Below, piece after piece: positions 28,284 to 40,923 of a stretch of DNA of 64,000 nt (position 1 is its first letter; each line of letters begins with the position of its first letter). The translations under genes were made by a program, and so were the position numbers. A model generated the notes under the pieces. That model saw only the letters and a list, made by a program, of their open reading frames with translations. It was not told the DNA's origin and searched no databases. The DNA comes from the human T2T-CHM13v2.0 reference genome, Homo sapiens. The stretch lies in NCBI RefSeq assembly GCF_009914755.1, contig NC_060948.1; one strand, given 5' to 3'.

Positions 28284-31200
28284 GAATTCATTGGAATGGA
28301 AGGGAATGTAGTGTAATGGACAGGCCTGGAATAAAGTGGAATGCTACGGTCTCGAATGGAATAAAAATGTATGGAATGGAATGCAATGAAACGGAATCGA
28401 ATGTCATAGAATGTAATGGAATGCAACAAAATGGAATCCAAAATCATTGACTGGAAAGGCTGGGTGTCGAAAGGAATTGACTCCAATGGAATGGAATCGA
28501 ATGGAATAGAAGTGAATAGAATCGAACTAAATCGAATGGAATGGAATTGATAGGAACGGAATGGAAAGGAATGCAATGATTTGGCATGGAATGGAATCGA
28601 ATGGCATCGAATGGAATGGAATGGAATGCAATGGAATGGAATGTATTAGAATATAATGAACTTTAATGGAATGTACTCGAATGGATTCGACTGGAATGGA
28701 ATGTTCTGGAAGTGAATGGACTCCAATGGAATGGATTCAAAAGGAATGGAATCGTACGGAATGGAATCTAATGGAATGGAATTAAATGGAAATGAATCAA
28801 ATTGAATAGCACGGAATTGAATTGAATGGAATCGAATGAAATGGAATCTAATGAAACGGAAAGGAAAGGAATGCAATGGAATGGAATGGGCTGGAATGGA
28901 AAGGAATCGAAACGAATGGAATGGAATCGAACTGAAGAGACTGGAATGGAATGCACTGGAATGGAAGGGAGTGTAATGGAAGGTTCTCGAAAAAAATGGA
29001 ATCGAATGGAATGGAATTGAATGGAACGGAATAGAGTCGAATGGAATTGAATGGAATGGAATGGACTAGAGTGAAATGGAATCGAACCACAAGGAATGGA
29101 CAGGAATAGAATGGTCTCGAATTGAATGGAATCGTATGGAATGGCATCAAACGGAATGGAATGGACAGCCACGGAATGGAATGCACTCGAATGCAATGGA
29201 GTCGAAACTAATGGACTGGAATAGAATGGACTCGACTGGTACGGACTCCAATGGAATGGAATCGAATGGAAGGGAATCGAACGGAATGGACTCGAAGGGA
29301 AAAGACTGCAATGGAAAGGTCTCGAATGGAATGGAAATTAATGGAATGGAATGGAATCGAATGAAATGGAGTCAAAAGGAATGGAATCGAATGGCAAGAA
29401 ATCGAATGTAATGGAATCGCAAGGAATTGATGTGAACGGAACGGAATGGAATGGAATCCAAAGGAATGGAATAGAATGGAATGGAATCGAATGGAAAGGA
29501 CTCGAATGGAAATCACTCGAATAGAATGCAATTTAATAAAATAGGATCAAATGTAATAGAATGGAATGGAAAGGAATCGAAACGGAAGGAATGGAGACAG
29601 ATGGAATGGAATGGAACAGAGAGCAATGGTATAGAATGGAATGGAATCATCTGGAATGGAATTGAATGGAATGGAATGATATGAAATGGAATGGAATGGA
29701 ATGGAATGGAATGCCCTTGAATTAAATGGACTGGACTCGAACAGAGTGGAATGGAAAGTGTTGAGATAGAATGTAATGGACTCCTTTGGAATGGTCTAGT
29801 ATGCAATGCAATCGACTGGCAGGGAATCAAAAGGAATGTAATGGAATGGATTGGACTGGAATGCGATGGACTCGAATAGATTGGAAACGGAATGCAAAGG
29901 AATGGAATGGAATAGTATGGAATGGAATGGAAAGGAATGGAGTGGAATAGACTAGAGTGGAATGGAATGGACTGGAAAGCAATGGACTGGAATGGAAGAT
30001 TCTTGAATGGACTGGAATCAAACGGAATGGAATGCAATGCAATCAAATGGCATGGAATAAAATAGAATGAAAGAGAATCAAATGGAATTGAATCGAATCG
30101 AATCGAATGGATTGGAAAGGAATAGAATGGAATGGAATGGAATTGACTCAAATGGAATGGACTAGAATGGAATGGATTCGAATGGAAGGCAAAGGAATGG
30201 AATCTATTGGAATGGACTGTAATGGAATTGAATGGAAAGGATTGGAATGGACTCGAATGGAATGGACTGCAATAGAAAGGATTCGAATGGAATGAAAAAG
30301 AATTGAATGGAATAGAACAGAATGGAATCAAATCGAATGAAATGGAATGGAATAGAAAGGAATGGAATGAAATGGAATGGAAAGGATTCGAATGGAATGT
30401 AATCGAATGGAATGGAATCGAACGGAATGGAATAAAATGGAAGAAAACTGGCAAGAAATGGAATCGAAATGAATGGAGTGTTATGGAACGGACTCAAAAG
30501 GAATTGAATGTAATAGAATGGAGTGGAGTGGACTCGAATATAATGGACTGGAATGGAATGAAATCACATGGAATGGGAACGAATGGAATGGAATGGAAAG
30601 GAATGGAATCGAATGGAAAGGAATCGAATGGAAGGGAATGAAACTGAATCAACAGGAATGGAAGGGAATAGAATAGACGGTAATGGAATGGACTCGAATA
30701 GAATGGACACGAATGCTCAAATTGAATGGACTCGAATGGAATGGAAACGAAAGGAATGTCATCGAATGGAATTGAATCGATTGGAATGAAATCGCATAGA
30801 ATGGAGTGGAATCAAATGGAATTGAATCGAAAGGAAAGGAAGCGAATGGACTGAAATGAAATGGAATGGAATTGAATGGAAAGTAATGCAATGGAATAGA
30901 ATGGAACGAAATTTCACGGAATGGAATCAAACTGAATGGAATCAAATCAATGGAATCAAATCAAATGGAATGGAAAGGAATTGAATGGAGTAGATGGGAT
31001 TGGATGGGATTGGAATGAAATGTACTGGAAAGGACTCGAATTTCATGAAACGGAATGGAATGAATTGGAACGGAATGGACTCGAATGGAATGGAATGTCA
31101 TGGAATGGCATCAAATGGAATGGCATCAAATGGAATGGAATCGAATGCAATGGAATGCTATGGAATGGAATGGAATGCATTGGAATGGAATGTCCTCTAA

Positions 31201-31822
31201 TGGAATGGATTCGAGTGGAATGGAATGGAATATAATGGAGTCGAATGAAATGGAATTGAAAGCAATGGGATCGAATACAATGGAATATACTGGAATGTAA
31301 CGTAATGAACTCGAATGTAATTGACTGGAATGGAATGTACATGAATGGAATGTAATCGAATGGAAAGTAATCCAATGGAATAGAATCTAATGCAATAAAA
31401 TCGACTCAGATAGAGTAGAATGTAATGGAATGGAGTGCAGTGCAATGGAATGGAATGGAATGGAATGCAATGGAATGGAATGGAATGGAATGGAATGGGA
31501 TGGAATGGTATGGAATGGATAGTAATGGACTGGAGTGAAATGGACTGGAAAGGAATGGACTCAAATTGAAAGGGCTCGAAAGGAATGGAGACAAATGGAA
31601 TGGTCTGGAATGGAATGAACACGAATGTAATGCAATCCCATAGAATGGAGTCGAATGGCATGGAATATAAAGAAATGGAATCGAAGAGAATGGAAACAAA
31701 TGGAATGGAATTGAATGGAATGGAATTGAATGGAATGGGAACGAATGGAGTGAAATTGTATGCAGTAGAAGAGAATAGAATGGAATGCAAGCGAAAGGAA
31801 AGGAATGGATTGGAATGGAATG
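28284..31822 (+). repeat. DYZ1 full unit, 3539 bp
   Basis: EcoRI 28284 to 31823. Confidence 0.9.
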
Positions 31823-34800
31823 GAATTCATTGGAATGGAAGGGAATGTAGTGTAATGGACAGGCCTGGAATAAAGTGGAATGCTACGGTCTCGAATGGAA
31901 TAAAAATGTATGGAATGGAATGCAATGAAACGGAATCGAATGTCATAGAATGTAATGGAATGCAACAAAATGGAATCCAAAATCATTGACTGGAAAGGCT
32001 GGGTGTCGAAAGGAATTGACTCCAATGGAATGGAATCGAATGGAATAGAAGTGAATAGAATCGAACTAAATCGAATGGAATGGAATTGATAGGAACGGAA
32101 TGGAAAGGAATGCAATGATTTGGCATGGAATGGAATCGAATGGCATCGAATGGAATGGAATGGAATGCAATGGAATGGAATGTATTAGAATATAATGAAC
32201 TTTAATGGAATGTACTCGAATGGATTCGACTGGAATGGAATGTTCTGGAAGTGAATGGACTCCAATGGAATGGATTCAAAAGGAATGGAATCGTACGGAA
32301 TGGAATCTAATGGAATGGAATTAAATGGAAATGAATCAAATTGAATAGCACGGAATTGAATTGAATGGAATCGAATGAAATGGAATCTAATGAAACGGAA
32401 AGGAAAGGAATGCAATGGAATGGAATGGGCTGGAATGGAAAGGAATCGAAACGAATGGAATGGAATCGAACTGAAGAGACTGGAATGGAATGCACTGGAA
32501 TGGAAGGGAGTGTAATGGAAGGTTCTCGAAAAAAATGGAATCGAATGGAATGGAATTGAATGGAACGGAATAGAGTCGAATGGAATTGAATGGAATGGAA
32601 TGGACTAGAGTGAAATGGAATCGAACCACAAGGAATGGACAGGAATAGAATGGTCTCGAATTGAATGGAATCGTATGGAATGGCATCAAACGGAATGGAA
32701 TGGACAGCCACGGAATGGAATGCACTCGAATGCAATGGAGTCGAAACTAATGGACTGGAATAGAATGGACTCGACTGGTACGGACTCCAATGGAATGGAA
32801 TCGAATGGAAGGGAATCGAACGGAATGGACTCGAAGGGAAAAGACTGCAATGGAAAGGTCTCGAATGGAATGGAAATTAATGGAATGGAATGGAATCGAA
32901 TGAAATGGAGTCAAAAGGAATGGAATCGAATGGCAAGAAATCGAATGTAATGGAATCGCAAGGAATTGATGTGAACGGAACGGAATGGAATGGAATCCAA
33001 AGGAATGGAATAGAATGGAATGGAATCGAATGGAAAGGACTCGAATGGAAATCACTCGAATAGAATGCAATTTAATAAAATAGGATCAAATGTAATGGAA
33101 TGGAATGGAAAGGAATCGAAACGAAAGGAATGGAGACAGATGGAATGGAATGGAAGAGAGAGCAATGGTATAGAATGGAATGGAATCATCTAGAATGGAA
33201 TTGAATGGAATGGAATAATATGAAATGGAATGGAATGGAATGGAATGGAATGCCCTTGAATTAAATGGACTGGACTCGAACAGAGTGGAATGGAAAGTGT
33301 TGAGATAGAATGTAATGGACTCCTTTGGAATGGTCTAGTATGCAATGCAATCGACTGGCAGGGAATCAAAAGGAATGTAATGGAATGGATTGGACTGGAA
33401 TGCGATGGACTCGAATAGATTGGAAACGGAATGCAAAGGAATGGAATGGAATAGTATGGAATGGAATGGAAAGGAATGGAGTGGAATAGACTAGAGTGGA
33501 TTGGAATGGACTGGAAAGCAATGGACTGGAATGGAAGATTCTTGAATGGACTGGAATCAAACGGAATGGAATGCAATGCAATCAAATGGCATGGAATAAA
33601 ATAGAATGAAAGAGAATCAAATGGAATTGAATCGAATGGAATCGAATGGATTGGAAAGGAATAGAATGGAATGGAATGGAATTGACTCAAATGGAATGGA
33701 CTAGAATGGAATGGATTCGAATGGAAGGCAAAGGAATGGAATCTATTGGAATGGACTGTAATGGAATTGAATGGAAAGGATTGGAATGGACTCGAATGGA
33801 ATGGACTGCAATAGAAAGGATTCGAATGGAATGAAAAAGAATTGAATGGAATAGAACAGAATGGAATCAAATCGAATGAAATGGAATGGAATAGAAAGGA
33901 ATGGAATGAAATGGAATGGAAAGGATTCGAATGGAATGTAATCGAATGGAATGGAATCGAACGGAATGGAATAAAATGGAAGAAAACTGGCAAGAAATGG
34001 AATCGAAATGAATGGAGTGTTATGGAACGGACTCAAAAGGAATTGAATGTAATAGAATGGAGTGGAGTGGACTCGAATATAATGGACTGGAATGGAATGA
34101 AATCACATGGAATGGGAACGAATGGAATGGAATGGAAAGGAATGGAATCGAATGGAAAGGAATCGAATGGAAGGGAATGAAACTGAATCAACAGGAATGG
34201 AAGGGAATAGAATAGACGGTAATGGAATGGACTCGAATAGAATGGACACGAATGCTCAAATTGAATGGACTCGAATGGAATGGAAACGAAAGGAATGTCA
34301 TCGAATGGAATTGAATCGATTGGAATGAAATCGCATAGAATGGAGTGGAATCAAATGGAATTGAATCGAAAGGAAAGGAAGCGAATGGACTGAAATGAAA
34401 TGGAATGGAATTGAATGGAAAGTAATGCAATGGAATAGAATGGAACGAAATTTCACGGAATGGAATCAAACTGAATGGAATCAAATCAATGGAATCAAAT
34501 CAAATGGAATGGAAAGGAATTGAATGGAGTAGATTGGATTGGATGGGATTGGAATGAAATGTACTGGAAAGGACTCGAATTTCATGAAACGGAATGGAAT
34601 GAATTGGAACGGAATGGACTCGAATGGAATGGAATGTCATGGAATGGCATCAAATGGAATGGCATCAAATGGAATGGAATCGAATGCAATGGAATGCTAT
34701 GGAATGGAATGGAATGCATTGGAATGGAATGTCCTCTAATGGAATGGATTCGAGTGGAATGGAATCGAATATAATGGAGTCGAATGAAATGGAATTGAAA

Positions 34801-35376
34801 GGAATGGGATCGAATACAATGGAATATACTGGAATGTAACGTAATGAACTCGAATGTAATTGACTGGAATGGAATGTACATGAATGGAATGTAATCGAAT
34901 GGAAAGTAATCCAATGGAATAGAATCTAATGCAATAAAATCGACTCAGATAGAGTAGAATGTAATGGAATGGAGTGCAGTGCAATGGAATGGAATGGAAT
35001 GGAATGCAATGGAATGGAATGGAATGGGATGGAATGGAATGGAATGGAATGGGATGGAATTGTATGGAATGGATAGTAATGGACTGGAGTGAAATGGACT
35101 GGAAAGGAATGGACTCAAATTGAAAGGGCTCGAAAGGAATGGAGTCAAATGGAATGGTCTGGAATGGAATGAACACGAATGTAATGCAACCCAATAGAAT
35201 GGAATCGAATGGCATGGAATATAAAGAAATGGAATCGAAGAGAATGGAAACAAATGGAATGGAATTGAATGGAATGGAATTGAATGGAATGGGAACGAAT
35301 GGAGTGAAATTGTATGCAGTAGAAGAGAATAGAATGGAATGCAAGCGAAAGGAAAGGAATGGATTGGAATGGAATG
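31823..35376 (+). repeat. DYZ1 full unit, 3554 bp
   Basis: EcoRI 31823 to 35377. Confidence 0.9.
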
Positions 35377-38300
35377 GAATTCATTGGAATGGAAGGGAAT
35401 GTAGTGTAATGGACAGGCCTGGAATAAAGTGGAATGCTACGGTCTCGAATGGAATAAAAATGTATGGAATGGAATTCAATGAAACGGAATCGAATGTCAT
35501 AGAATGTAATGGAATGCAAAAAAATGGAATCCAAAATCATTGACTAGAAAGGCTGGGTGTCGAAAGGAATTGACTCCAATGGAATGGAATCGAATGGAAT
35601 GGAAGTGAATAGAATCGAACTAAATCGAATGGAATGGAATTGATAGGAACGGAATGGAAAGGAATGCAATGATTTGGCATGGAATGGAATCGAATGGCAT
35701 CGAATGGAATGGAATGGAATGCAATGGAATGGAATGTATTAGAATGTAATGAACTTTAATGGAATGTACTCGAATGGATTCGACTGGAATGGAATGTTCT
35801 GGAAGTGAATGGACTCCAATGGAATGGATTCAAAAGGAATGGAATCGTACGGAATGGAATCTAATGGAATGGAATTAAATGGAAATGAATCAAATTGAAT
35901 AGCACGGAATTGAATTGAATGGAATGGAATGCAATGGAATCTAATGAAACGGAAAGGAAAGGAATGGAATGGAATGGAATGGGCTGGAATGGAAAGGAAT
36001 CGAAACGAATGGAATGGAATCGAACTGAAGAGACTGGAATGGAATGCACTGGAATGGAAGGGAGTGTAATGGAAGGTTCTCGAAAAAAATGGAATCGAAT
36101 GGAATGCAATTGAATGGAACGGAATAGAGTCGAATGCAATTGAATGGAATGGAATGGACTAGAGTGAAATGGAATCGAACCACTAGGAATGGACAGGAAT
36201 AGAATGGTCTCGAATTGAATGGAATCGTATGGAATGGCATCAAACGGAATGGAATGGACAGCCACGGAATGGAATGCACTCGAATGCAATGGAGTCGAAA
36301 CTAATGGACTGGAATAGAATGGACTCGACTGGTACGGACTCCAATGGAATGGAATCGAATGGAAGGGAATCGAACGGAATGGACTCGAAGGGAAAAGACT
36401 GCAATGGAAAGGTCTCGAATGGAATGGAAATTAATGGAATGGAATGGAATCGAATGAAATGGAGTCAAAAGGAATGGAATCGAATGGCAAGAAATCGAAT
36501 GTAATGGAATCGCAAGGAATTGATGTGAACGGAACGGAATGGAATGGAATCCAAAGGAATGGAATAGAATGGAATGGAATCGAATGCAAAGGACTCGAAT
36601 GGAAATCACTCGAATAGAATGCAATTTAATAAAATAGGATCAAATGTAATGGAATGGAATGGAAAGGAATCGAAACGAAAGGAATGGAGACAGATGGAAT
36701 GGAATGGAACAGAGAGCAATGGTATAGAATGGAATGGAAACATCTAGAATGTAATTGAATGGAATGGAATAATATGAAATGGAATGGAATGGAATGGAAT
36801 GCCCTTGAATTAAATGGACTGGAATGGAATGGACTCGAACAGAGTGGAATGGAAAGTGTTGAGATAGAATGGAATGGACTCCTTTGGAATGGTGTAGTAT
36901 GCAATGCAATCGACTGACAGGGAATCAAAAGGAATGTAATCGAATGGATTGGACTGGAATGCAATGGACTCGAATAGATTGGAAACGGAATGCAAAGGAA
37001 TGGAATGGAATAGTATGGAATGGAATGGAAAGGAATGGAGTGGAATAGACTAGAGTGGAATGGAATGGACTCGAAAGCAATGGACTGGAATGGAACTTTC
37101 TTGAATGGACTGGAACCAAACGGAATGGAATGCAATGCAATCAAATGGCATGGAATAAGATAGAATGAAAGAGAATCAAATGGAATTGAATGGAATGGAA
37201 TCGAATGGATTGGAAAGGAATAGAATGGAATGGAATGGAATTGACTCAAATGGAATGGACTAGAATGGAATGGATTCGAATGGAAGGCAAAGGAATGGAA
37301 TCTATTGGAATGGACTGTAATGGAATGCAATGGAAGGGATTGGAATGGACTCGAATGGAATGGACTGCAATAGAAAGGATTCGAATGGAATGAAAAAGAA
37401 TTGAATGGAATAGAACAGAATGGAATCAAATCGAATGAAATGGAATGGAATAGAAAGGAATGGAATGAAATGGAATGGAAAGGATTCGAATGGAATGCAA
37501 TCGAATGGAATGGAATCGAACGGAATGGAATAAAATGGAAGAAAACTGGCAAGAAATGGAATCGAAATGAATGTAGTGTTATGGAACGGACTCAAAAGGA
37601 ATTGAATGTAATAGAATGGAGTGGAGTGGACTCGAATATAATGGACTGGAATGGAATGAAATCACATGGAAAGGGAAAGAATGGAATGGAATGGAAAGGA
37701 ATGGAATTGAATGGAAAGGAATCGAACGGAAGGGAATGAAATTGAATCAACAGGAATGGAAGGGAATAGAATAGACGGTAATGGAATGGACTCGAATAGA
37801 ATGGACACGAATGCTGAAATTGAATGGACTCGAATGGAATGGATACGAAAGGAATGTCATCGAATGGAATTGAATCGATTGGAATGAAATTGCATAGAAT
37901 GGAGTGGAATCAAATGGAATTGAATCGAAAGGAAAGGAAGCGAATGGACTGAAATGAAATGGAATGGAATTGAATGGAAAGTAATGCAATGGAATAGAAT
38001 GGAACGAAATTTCACGGTATGGAATCAAACTGAATGGAATAAAATCAATGGAATCAAATCAAATGGAATGGAAAGGAATTGAATGGAGTAGATGGGATTG
38101 GATGGGATTGGAATGAAATGTACTGGAAAGGACTCGAATTTCATGAAACGGAATGGAATGAATTGGAACGGAATGGACACGAATGGAATGGAATGTCATG
38201 GAATGGCATCAAATGGAATGGCATCAAATGGAATGGAATCGAATGCAATGGAATGCTATGGAATGGAATGGAATGCATTGGAATGGAATGTCCTCTAATG

Positions 38301-40923
38301 GAATGGATTCGAGTGGAATGGAATCGAATATAATGGAGTCGAATTAAATGGAATTGAAAGGATTGGGACCGAATACAATGGAATATACTGGAATGTAATG
38401 TAATGAACTCGAATGTAATTGACTGGAATGGAATGTACATGAATGGAATGTAATCGAATGGAAAGTAATCCAATGGAATAGAATCTAATGCAATAAAATC
38501 GACTCAAATAGAGTAGAATGTAATGGAATGGAGTGCAGTGCAATGGAATGGAATGGAATGGAATGCAATGGAATGGAATGGAATGGAATGGAATGGGATG
38601 GAATGGGATGGAATGGATAGTAATGGACTGGAGTGAAATGGACTGGAAAGGAATGGACTCAAATGGAAAGGGCTCGAAAGGAATGGAGACAAATGGAATG
38701 GAATGGAACAGAGAGCAATGGTATAGAATGGAATGGAATCATCTGGAATGGAATTGAATGGAATGGAATAATATGAAATGGAATGGAATGGAATGGAATG
38801 GAATGCCCTTGAATTAAATGGACTGGAATGGAATGGACTCGAACAGAGTGGAATGGAAAGTGTTGAGATAGAATGGAATGGACTCTTTTAGAATGGTCTA
38901 GTATGCAATGCAATCGACTGGCAGGGAATCAAAGGAATGTAATCGAATGGATTGGACTGGAATGCAATGGACTCGAATAGATTGGAAACGGAATGCAAAG
39001 GAATGGAATGGAATAGTATGGAATGGAATGGAAAGGAATGGAGTGGAATAGACTAGAGTGGAATGGAATGGACTGGAAAGCAATGGACTGGAATGGAACT
39101 TTCTTGAATGGACTGGAATCAAACGGAATGGAATGCAATGCAATCAAATGGCATGGAATAAAATAGAATGAAAGAGAATCAAATGGAATTGAATCGAATG
39201 GAATCGAATGGATTGGAAAGGAATAGAATGGAATGGAATGGAATTGACTCAAATGGAATGGACTAGAATGGAATGGATTCGAATGGAAGGCAAAGGAATG
39301 GAATCTATTGGAATGGACAGTAATGGAATGGAATGGAAGGGATTGGAATGGACTGGAATGGAATGGACTGCAATAGAAAGGATTCGAATGGAATGAAAAA
39401 GAATTGAATGGAATAGAACAGAATGGAATCAAATCGAATGAAATGGAATGGAATGAAATGGAATGGAAAGGATTCGAATGGAATGCAATCGAATGGAATG
39501 GAATCGAACGGAATGGAATAAAATGGAAGAAAACTGGCAAGAAATGGAATCGAAATGAATGGAGTGTTATGGAACGGAGTCAAAAGGAATTGAATGTAAT
39601 AGAATGGAGTGGAGTGGACTCGAATATAATGGACTGGAATGGAATGAAATCACATGGAGTGGGAACGAATGGAATGGAATGGAAAGGAATGGAATCGAAT
39701 GGAAAGGAATCGAATGGAAGGGAATGAAACTGAATCAACAGGAATGGAAGGGAATAGAATAGACGGTAATGGAATGGACTCGAATAGAATGGACACGAAT
39801 GCTCAAATTGAATGGACTCGAATGGAATGGAAACGAAAGGAATGTCATCGAATGGAATTGAATCGATTGGAATGAAATCGCATAGAATGGAGTGGAATCA
39901 AATGGAATTGAATCGAAAGGAAAGGAAGCGAATGGACTGAAATGAAATGGAATGGAATTGAATGGAAAGTAATGCAATGGAATAGAATGGAACGAAATTT
40001 CACGGAATGGAATCAAACTGAATGGAATCAAATCAATGGAATCAAATCAAATGGAATGGAAAGGAATTGAATGGAGTAGATTGGATTGGATGGGATTGGA
40101 ATGAAATGTACTGGAAAGGACTCGAATTTCATGAAACGGAATGGAATGAATTGGAACGGAATGGACTCGAATGGAATGGAATGTCATGGAATGGCATCAA
40201 ATGGAATGGCATCAAATGGAATGGAATCGAATGCAATGGAATGCTATGGAATGGAATGGAATGCATTGGAATGGAATGTCCTCTAATGGAATGGATTCGA
40301 GTGGAATGGAATCGAATACAATGGAGTCGAATGAAATGGAATTGAAAGGAATGGGATCGAATACAATGGAATATACTGGAATGTAACGTAATGAACTCGA
40401 ATGTAATTGACTGGAATGGAATGTACATGAATGGAATGTAATCGAATGGAAAGTAATCCAATGGAATAGAATCTAATGCAATAAAATCGACTCAGATAGA
40501 GTAGAATGTAATGGAATGGAGTGCAGTGCAATGGAATGGAATGGAATGGAATGCAATGGAATGGAATGGAATGGGATGGAATGGATTGGAATGGAATGGG
40601 ATGGAATTGTATGGAATGGATAGGAATGGACTGGAGTGAAATGGACTGGAAAGGAATGGACTCAAATTGAAAGGGCTCGAAAGGAATGGAGTCAAATGGA
40701 ATGGTCTGGAATGGAATGAACACGAATGTAATGCAACCTAATAGAATGGAATCGAATGGCATGGAATATAAAGAAATGGAATCGAAGAGAATGGAAACAA
40801 ATGGAATGGAATTGAATGGAATGGAATTGAATGGAATGGGAACGAATGGAGTGAAATTGTATGCAGTAGAAGAGAATAGAATGGAATGCAAGCGAAAGGA
40901 AAGGAATGGATTGGAATGGAATG
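35377..40923 (+). repeat. Composite 5547-bp DYZ1 interval (full unit plus ~2.0-kb deleted unit)
   Basis: Conserved EcoRI 35377 to 40924 (private extra site at 35472); deletion junction at 38675-38701. Confidence 0.9.
36676..38674 (+). repeat. Short DYZ1 unit 1, 1999 bp (1545-bp deletion variant)
   Basis: Landmark AGAGAGCAATGGT recurs at 36711 and 38710 with no intervening EcoRI/StuI/GGCTGGGTGTCG segment. Confidence 0.9.
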
